Shown here in pieces: positions 54,766-64,000 of a stretch of DNA of 64,000 nt. The stretch is from the human T2T-CHM13v2.0 reference genome, Homo sapiens. Made by a program: the position numbers and the translations under genes. The notes beneath the pieces are model-generated. The model saw only the letters and a list, made by a program, of their open reading frames with translations, searched no databases and was not told the DNA's origin. Location of the stretch: NCBI RefSeq assembly GCF_009914755.1, contig NC_060936.1. One strand, given 5' to 3'. The number at the start of each line of letters is the position of its first letter. Within the stretch, counting starts at the first letter, position 1.

Positions 54766-55432
54766 TACTGCAAAACAAAGACAACTGATATACATAGATA
54801 ACTGAATAAATTATTTATTCAATTCTTCTTTACAGTAGAATTCCAATTTATAAATGCAGATAGATGATAGAAATAGAAAATCATTCTTTGGTAAACACTA
54901 TAGTAATAACTGTTATAGGCTAGCAATGTTGATGGATGTTAAAAATTAGTAAACAAAAATGTGATGAGAAATAGGATATTTGCAGAGTCTCAGATTATCT
55001 CCCCACAAGATACTTTTTAGTTACAACAGGGAAAAAATCATAAATTCCAGGTGGAGAAACCTGGCCAAGATCACATTAACCAAAGTCAATATTACCATTT
55101 GTAATATGAGGTTTATTGACATCACACACCTCCTGAGATATACACTGAGAAGGGCACAATATTGCTTCTGGAGTCTTCTTGCCAAAAATGGGTAACCTCT
55201 GTTGAATCACGAGAAAACATCAAACAAACCCAAATTGAAAGACTCTTCATAATATCAAGGTCATAGAGAGTAAAGATAAAGGAATTGATCCAGATAGAGG
55301 AGAATTAGGAGACATGAAAATTACACACAATGTGGGAACCTGAATTAAATTTTAGAGCAGAAAAAGGATAATTGGAGAAATTTGATTAAGTTCCACAGAT
55401 TAGGTAATAGTATTGCATCAATGTTATCTTCT
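54766..55432 (+). mobile_element. L1MC-type 3'UTR fragment
   Basis: ggagaaacctggc...caaacaaacccaaattga...tagtattgcatcaatgtta. Confidence 0.65.
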
Positions 55433-55445
55433 AAAATAACATTAG

Positions 55446-55779
<334 letters not shown>

Positions 55780-55864
55780 TTAGAAAACGATTATTACATA
55801 GAATACTATAAGGAAATGTAATGATTCTAGGAAAAGGAGAAAATGCTTAGAATATAGAAATTCA

Positions 55865-56286
<422 letters not shown>

Positions 56287-56404
56287 TTAAATCTGGCAAC
56301 TTTATCTCCCAATTCAAGTCCTTTGAATATAAGGACAAAGAACTGTGAACTGTTAAATATCATCAAAGGAAAGGAAAAGTCATCTGTACAGAAAGAGGAA
56401 AAAA

Positions 56405-56464
56405 ATTAGCTCTCCATAACTAAACTTTGAACCTATTAGCTCTCCATAGCTAAACTTTGAACCT
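56405..56464. repeat. 30-bp tandem duplication
   Basis: attagctctccata(a/g)ctaaactttgaacct twice; 1 mismatch. Confidence 0.95.
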
Positions 56465-56841
56465 TTGCATTGCCTTTAGGGAAAGATTTTTCCAATTACT
56501 CTACTTTTAAATAATCAGTTTTATTCTATTCTTTCCTCTGAATTATGAAATAAATAATATGTATGTCTCTGAACAAAGAATAAAAGAACAATTCTGTTTC
56601 CCTTGTCCTATTTCCTTCTCCATGAACTGACCTTTTCATTCAAGTTTGTTTCCATGGGAAGACTAAACCTGCTGTGCTCCAGGCTAGAGCTGGACCATGT
56701 GGACTTTCTAGATAGTCTACAATCTCTGCCCCTTTCCACCGATATTCTTTCTCTATGTGTTTCAATATGTATTTGTTTAGTGAGGTGGGACCTACTATGC
56801 TATATTCCACTATGTCACATGCATTTAACGTATTACATCAT

Positions 56842-57000
56842 TGATGGGAGACAGTTCTCCAGGGTCTCTACACAACTTGCAAGCAAGGCGCTGACTGCCC
56901 TTTGTTCCAAACCATTTGACCCAGGAAACGCGTATCTTCTACCAGCATCCATGAAACAGTAGCAGGCTAATTTGTTAGCTTGTAAGGAGAGTGACATGGT
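56842..57000 (+). mobile_element. Possible ERVL-class LTR fragment (MER54/MER74-like)
   Basis: tgatgggagacagttctcc...ctgactgccctttgttcc resembles a remembered LTR start. Confidence 0.4.
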
Positions 57001-57563
57001 AGGTCCTTGGCAGTTTCTGGTAGTCCTTTTAAGTTACCACAAGTATTTATTTCAGGCACAGAATTTCAGGAGCTCATCCCATAAGTGTCCTCTATGACTT
57101 CCTTATGAGCACTACGAAAACACTCATTTGAATCATGCTTAGCACCTGAGGGAGCTGGGGTTTTGTTTTGTTTTGTTTTGTTTTTAACCATTTCTTCTAG
57201 AGGTCAGTGTCTCCTTTCCAGGTAACAGAACCAACTTTATGTTTCAGCCACCACGTAGAGTCCCTTTCAAAAACCTCAAGCGTTTTTGCTTTTAAAAATC
57301 TTAGTTGGTATCATAGTCCTAATTTTCGCCAATGACATTTTAACACTTCCATAGATTGATTCCCCAGTCAAGTGCCTCCTAACCTACTTATAATCTGGTT
57401 CTGCTACCTAAAAGAGTAAATGTATGTGTGTGGATCTCCTGTTTCCAAGCAGGTGACAACAGCAACTCTGGAGTCCCAACTACTCATAATCCCTTAGAGC
57501 TCTAGTTCTGGGGATCATCATGTGAAGTCTCAAGGCAGAAATATGTAGTGTAGGACAGAGGGG

Positions 57564-57603
57564 TGTGTGTGTGCATGTGTGTGTGTGTGTGTGTGTGTGT
57601 GCG
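57564..57603. repeat. (TG)n microsatellite
   Basis: Interrupted TG run of about 40 bp. Confidence 0.95.
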
Positions 57604-59289
57604 CATCTTCCTACTGCCTCCCCCAACAATAAGACTGTAATTAGCCTGTTTCTGCAAGCCTGTAAAATTATATTCATTACTTTCTTGCCTGGTTCCATTT
57701 AGAAACAACTTTGAAAATCTCAAACTAAGTATTTTTTGTTTTGTTTTGTTTTAGCAGGAATCCATGGGGTGGGGAGAAGAAGGGTGAGGAGATGCAGAAC
57801 GAGGGCACCAGATGGTATGGATCACATAGGAGACTGAGTGGATGGATGATTCTGACATGTCTTCTCTTAGGAACAGATGTGTTGCCAGGTTGCAATAGTT
57901 CGGAAAGATGAGATGAGTACTTGCCATGAATCTTATCTTTTCTGTCAGAGATTTATTGCATAGAAATTGTATTTGGCTCCTTCTTTTATTTGTTGGCTTA
58001 TAACCAAAGTAAAATGTTCCATATACTGAAAGGAGCTACCCTATTTCATCTAATCTAAGATTTTCTCCATTGTAAGACACTCTATTATTTTATGATCAAC
58101 TAAGAAAGAAAAGTCACTGCCAATTAAATATGACACATTGTATGTTGTGAGAGACATCCCAGTTTTAGAGATGTGAAAACGTGAAGTTACCTTGTGTTGT
58201 AGAATTGATGAAATATGATATGTAAATCAAGGGTTCCAAACTTTTTGCCGAAGCCATTTCATGGTGTTTTATGATTTGAATTATCATCTGAGTCTGTGAC
58301 CCTGAATACATAACAATAGCTATGACCAATTGTTGAACAAATAATATGTTGCTTGCCACATATACATTCATTATTTCCAATCCTTTCAACTACATTGCAA
58401 GGAAACAGGTATAAGTACCACTTTACAAGGCAGGAAGTTGAGCTCCTAGAGGTTAGGTAAAGTATGAAGGTGAAGCTGCCAGGAGTGAGAGCTGAGATTG
58501 GAACCCAGCTAGGTCTCCCTTCAAAGCTGAGATGCCTTCGGTTACTCTACGGAATTGCTCTTTTTGAAGAAGCTGCCTGATTTGGGAATGTCTTTGAGAA
58601 TGGTACTGTATCTAAATATTTGTGGATTGTTTTAGAAACAAGTTCCCACCCATCACACAGTTGTCACCCAGCAATAATAGTGAGACTGGCTCCTCTCTTT
58701 CAGCTAGAGTTAAAAGTGAAAGGAGGGGAGAAGGGGTGGCTATTCATCTCCCCAGAAATCATGACAGACATAATGGGGCTAATGCTTTGTGAAACTGCAA
58801 AGTGCTGCATCATTGTTTATCTTCTGCCAAGTGCTTATTCATAGCAGGGAGAAAGCCCCTTCAGAACTCCTGAAATGTTAGGGCTTCAAGTTCTTAAAGC
58901 ACATGCATAATTTCTAGTACTTTATTCAAAATATACTTTTTCTTTTTCCTTTTTTCTGTAATTTGAAAACATCTTCACCATAGCCAAGAACAAAATTTTA
59001 ACTGATGGCAAAAATATAAAGCCTTGAGGTAGTGTTTTATCACTATTTATTATTGTATCCAAAGAAGAGGCCTTGACAATGTTGGCTGCTGCTGGGTTGC
59101 CATGGCAGTAATCAGTCAAACAGGAACAGGATTTTGCAAGCCTGCTCAACCCTTTTTCTTACCAAGCACTGCAAAGCTGATAGAAAGATTTTCATTTTGC
59201 ACAATACTATTGGATGAGGCAAATGTGTCCTTTTCTCACAAGGTTCCAGTCTTGCTCCCTGCTTCTCAAGCCATCACATTCCCTTGCAC

Positions 59290-59900
59290 CCTTGCTCCAT
59301 CCACACTGAACCACTTGCATTCTTAAGTGTGCCACAGTCTATGCCCTTGGGCTCAGGGCACACAGGGCTGCTTCTGCTTGGAACACCCTTTAGAACCTAT
59401 TCTAGCCCCAACTCCTACTTCTGTTCTGTTCTGTGACCATACCACCTCCTCCAGGAAGCCTTAAGCATCCTTTCCTCCATTCAGTATGGGTTAGACACAC
59501 ATTCTGAGTGCTCCGATAACACTCTGTATTTACCTCTATCTTAGCACATGTTACCTTGATCATAGTTGTCTGCGACAATTTTGGTAAAGAACATCTGGAG
59601 CTGGTCTGCCTGAGTTTGAAGCTCTCCTTCGTTACTTACTAGCTGTGATCTTGGCCAAGTCATTTGACCTCTCTAAGCCTCAGCTTCCCCCTATGTAAAA
59701 GGACAAAAATAATATCTACTTCACAGAATTACTGTGAAGATTAAGTGAGATGATCTAAGTAAAATGCCTAATGCTAATGAGTTCTCAATAAATATTATAG
59801 TAAAACTTGTCTCCTTCTAGAGTCTAAGCTCCATGAGGACAGAGACCATGTCTTTTATTTTTGCACATTCAGGACCTAACAAACATCAGGTACACAGAGA
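59290..59900 (+). mobile_element. L2 with nested MIR (about 59590-59800)
   Basis: L2 motifs (tcctccaggaagcc; taagctccatgaggacagagacc) flank the MIR core gttacttactagctgtgatcttggccaagt. Confidence 0.7.
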
Positions 59901-60098
59901 GCATTTCCTCATTGTCTAACACAGTATGGTTAGACTGTGTTAGGAATGGGTTTCTCTATATAATTTTTCCTGTAGGTAGAGCTTACCCCTGAACACATAA
60001 AAAATCCCATCTTGTTAATTATATTAATTACAAAATTAATTCACATTCATTGGTGAAAATTTGGAATATACAGAATTATAAAGACAGAAACCATCTGT

Positions 60099-60375
60099 GG
60101 TTGGGTGGGATGGCTCACACCTGTAATCTCAGTACTTTGGGAGACCAAGGCAGGAAGATGGCTTGACACTAAGAGGTCAAGAGTAGTCTGGTCAACATAA
60201 TGAGACCCTGTCTCTGTAAGAAACTTTAAAAATTGGCCAGGCATGGTTGTGTGTGCCTGCAATCCTACCTACTGGGGAGGTTGAGGCAGGAAGGTCACGT
60301 GGCTGCAGTGAGCCATGATAAAGCCACTGTACTTCAGCCTAGGCGACAGAGCAAGGCCCTGTCTCTTCAAAATAT
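60099..60375 (+). mobile_element. AluJ, diverged
   Basis: Degenerate dimer. Confidence 0.85.
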
Positions 60376-61431
60376 TATATTGAAATATTCCAATTTAAAT
60401 TTTTTTCTAATTTTTTTCATTGTGGAAATATATGTAACATAAAATGTATCATCTTAACCATTTTTTAATGTATAGATCAGTGTAAAGGTGTGTTAAATAC
60501 ACCCATAATGTGCTACTATCACCAGGATCCATCTCTGTAACTATTTTAATCTTGTAAAACTGAAACTCTGTACCTGTTACAGAATAACTCTCCATTCCCC
60601 ACTTCTGCTAGTTCCTGACAACCAGTATACCACTTTCTGTCTCTATGATTTTGACTTATAAGTATCTCAAATAAATGGAATCAGTATTTGTCTTTTGGTA
60701 ACTGGCTTGTTTTACTTAACACAATATCCTCAAGTTCATCCATGTTGTAGCATGTGTCAGGATTTCCTTCCTTTAAAGGTTGAATAATTTTCAATTGTAT
60801 GTATGTACCACATTTCACTTATCTATTTATTTGTTGATGAATATATTTGTTGATGAATAATAGGGTTACTTCCACATTTTACCTGTTATGAATTATGCTG
60901 CTATGAACATGGCTATACAAACATTTCTTTGAATCTCTGCTTTCAATTTTTTTGTGTGTGTTCCCAGAAGTGGAATCGCTAGATCATGGTAATTCTTCAG
61001 TTTGTGACTGTTTTCCACAGCAACCATACCATTTTACATTTCCACCAACAATGCACAAGGGTTCCAATTTCTCCATATCCTTGCTTAACATTTGTTATTT
61101 TCTGGAATTGTTTTGTTTTGTTTTTTACAGTAGCCATCCTAATGGGTGCGAGGTGGTCTCCCTTTCCAGTTTTCGATTTGCATCTCCCTGATGATTAGTG
61201 AGGTTGAGCATCTTTTTATGTCCTTACTGGCCATTTGCATATTTTTGAAGAAATGCCTATAAAGTCTTTTGCCCATTTTTGAATTGGGTTGTTTGCTTTT
61301 TTGTTGTTCAGTTTTATGAGTTCCATTTATATTTCAGATATCAATCCCTTATCAGATATATCATTTGCAAATATTTTCTTCCATTCTGTGGGTTGTATTT
61401 TACTCTGTTGATACTGTCTTTTGATGCACAA

Positions 61432-62990
61432 TTTTTATTGATAGACAATATTGGTACATATTTATGAGGTACAGGTGATATTTTGTTACATGCATAGACT
61501 GTAATAATCAAGTCAGGGTACTGGGGTGTCCATCACCTCAAGTATTTATCACTTCTATGTGTTGGGAACATTTCAAGTCTTCTAGCTATTTTGAAATATG
61601 CAATACATTGTTATTAACTATAGTAACCCTACTCTGCTATTGAACATTAAAACTTATTCCTTCTGTGTTTGTACTCATTAGCCAACCTCTCTTTATCTCC
61701 TGCCCCCACCCACACATAGCCTCTGTTATCTTTCTACTCTCTATCTCCATGAACTTTTTTAGCTCTCCCGTATGAGTAAGAACATGCAATATTTGTCTTT
61801 CTGAACCTGGTTTATCTCACTTAACATAAGTCCCATTCCATTCATATTGCTGCAAATGACATGATTTTATTATTTTTTTACAGCTGAATAGTATTCCATT
61901 ATGTATATATGCCACATTTTATTTATCCATTTATCCATTGATGGACACTTAGGTTGATTCCACATTCTTGCTATTGTGAATACTGCAGTAAACATGGGAG
62001 TGCAGGTATCCGTTTAATATACTGATTTCTTTTCCTCTGGATAAATACCAAGTAGTGGGACTGCTGGATTGTATGGTAGTTGTTCTATTTTTAGTTTTTT
62101 TGAGAAATCTCCCTACTGTTTTCCGTAATGGCTGTACTAATTGATATTCCTACCTACAGTGTATAAGAGTTCCCTTTTCTCTTCATCCTTGCCAGCATTA
62201 GTTATTTTTTGTCTTTTGATAATAACTATTCTAATTGGGATGAGATGATATCTCATTGTGGTTTTTGTTTGCATTTCTCTGATGATTAGTGATGTAGAGC
62301 ATTTTGTTGGCCATTTGTGTGTCTTCTTTTGAGAAATGTCTATTCATGGTTTTTGCCCACTTTTTAATAGGATTTTCTTTTTTTTTACTGTTGAGCTCTC
62401 GGTTTTCCTTGTATATTCTGGATATTAGTCCTTTATTGAATGAACATTTTGCAAATATTTTCTCCCATTCTGTGGATTGTCTCTTCACTCTGTAGATTGT
62501 TTCCTTTGCTGTACAGAAGCTATTTAGTTTAGTATAGTCACATTTGTCTATTTTTGGTTTCAGTTGCCTGTACTTTTGAGGTCTTAATCATAAAATATTT
62601 GTCAAAACCAACGTCCTAAAATGTTTCTCCTATGTTTTCTTCTAGTAGTTTTATAGTTTCGGATCTTATGTTTAAGTCTATAATCCATCTTGAGTTGACT
62701 TTTGTATGTGGTGAGAGATAGGGGTCTAGTTTCATTCTTCCACATATAGATATCAAATTTTTCTAGCACCATTTATTGAAGACAATGTCCTTTCCTCAGT
62801 GTATGTTTTTGGCACCTTTGTCAAAAATCAGTTGGCTGCAAATACGTGGATTTATTTCTGGGTTCTCTACTCTGTTCCATTGGCCTGTGTGTCTGTCTGT
62901 ATACCAATATCATGATATTTTGTTTACTACAGCCTTGAAATATATCTTGAAGTCAGGTAGTGTGGTGCCTCCAGCATTGTTCTTTTTGCT
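61432..62990 (-). mobile_element. L1MA (3'UTR + end of ORF2) nested in L1MB
   Basis: ORF2 peptide [12 protein letters not shown]...PIKKWAK; TSD tgcacaattttta / tgcaaaattttta. Confidence 0.85.
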
Positions 62991-63047
62991 TGCAAAATTT
63001 TTAAATGTTCATGAAGTCCAATTTGTTTATTTTGTTGTTGTTGGCTG

Positions 63048-63403
63048 TTTTTCTTTTCTTTTCTTTCTTTTTCTTTTTCTTTTTCTTTTTTTTTTTTTTT
63101 TTTTTGAGATGGGATCACTCTCTGTCACCCAGGTTGGAGTACAGTGGTGCAATCACAGCCCACTGAAGCCTCGAACACTTGGCCTCAAGCACAATCCTCT
63201 TGTCTCAGCCTCCTGAGTAGCTAGGATTATAGGAATGCACCACCATGTCCAGCTAATTTTTTAAACAAATATTTTTGTAGAGATAGGGTCTTACTCATTG
63301 CTCAGGCTGGTTTGAACTCCTGGGCTCAAGCAATCTTCAATGTTTCAACCTCCCAAAGTGCTGAGCCACTTTGGGAGTATGTATGAGCCACAATACCCAG
63401 CCA
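63048..63403 (-). mobile_element. AluJ with (CTTTT)n tail
   Basis: Reverse dimer with J-type cctgggctcaagcaatc. Confidence 0.88.
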
Positions 63404-63512
63404 GCATCTTTCATGTCTTATCCAAGAAATCAGTGACAAATCCAATGTTTTGATGCTATTTTCATATTTTCTTCTAAGACTTTTACAGTTTTAGATTTTA
63501 CATTTAGTTATT

Positions 63513-63991
63513 TGCTATGTTTGAATATGGTTTTTCCCCACTAAAACTCATATTGAAACCTTAATTCCCTTTGTGGCAATGTTGGGAAGTGAAACCTCTA
63601 AGAGGTGGAGCCTAATGGGAGGTATCTGGGTCATGAGGACTCTGCCCTTGTGTGTGGTTCGGTTCTGTTCTTGCAGTAGTGAGTGTGCTCTCATTCTGAC
63701 AATACTGAATTGCTTCTAGCAGGAATGGATTAGTTCCTACAAGAGTGAGTTGTTATAAAGCCAGAATGCCCCTCAGGTTTTGCCTCTTGACATGTTTCCA
63801 CTTCCCCTTTGACCTTCCACCAGGTTGCATTGCAACACATGCAACAAAAGCCTTCACCAGAAGCCAAATGAATGCTGGCACTATCTTTCTTGAACTTACC
63901 AGCTTGCAGAACCATGAGCTAAGTCAACTTTTCTTTATAAATCACTCAGTCTCAGTTATTCTGTTATAGCAACACAAAGCAGTCAAAGACA
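63513..63991 (+). mobile_element. MSTB-type MaLR solo LTR
   Basis: tgctatgtttgaatatg...gttgttataaagccag...ctgttatagcaacacaaagcagtcaaagaca. Confidence 0.88.
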
Positions 63992-64000
63992 ATCTTTGAT

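Larger units (their letters stand above)
60410..63512 (-). mobile_element. L1MB interrupted by L1MA and AluJ
   Basis: L1MB 3'UTR from about 60410; the sequence resumes after 62991. Confidence 0.8.

Overview
Primate, most likely human, repeat-rich intronic or intergenic DNA. I found no intact protein-coding gene, RNA gene or CRISPR array, and nearly all listed ORFs come from repeats or chance. The one clear gene-derived feature is a minus-strand IFITM3-type processed pseudogene at about 38056-38716, frameshifted by a 14-nt tandem duplication. The rest is about 20 Alu/FLAM copies, young (L1PA) and old (L1M) LINE-1s, L2/MIR, MaLR and ERVL LTRs, and Tigger, MADE and MER5 DNA transposons. The most interesting signals come from target-site duplications (TSDs), which point to L1-mediated mobilisation of non-L1 cargo: (1) an L1PA carrying a 3' transduction of about 480 bp, (2) an orphan polyadenylated insert of about 380 bp splitting a MER5, (3) a 27-nt TSD-flanked micro-insert, and (4) extra sequence beyond the IFITM retrocopy tail. 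There are also repair or replication scars: a locally templated insertion, a template-switch palindrome, an inverted Alu chimera and tandem duplications. From unverified recollection, this may be the PCED1B intron upstream of AMIGO2 on human 12q13.11. Subfamily names were assigned by eye from remembered consensus sequences. I see no evidence for a wholly new biological system.
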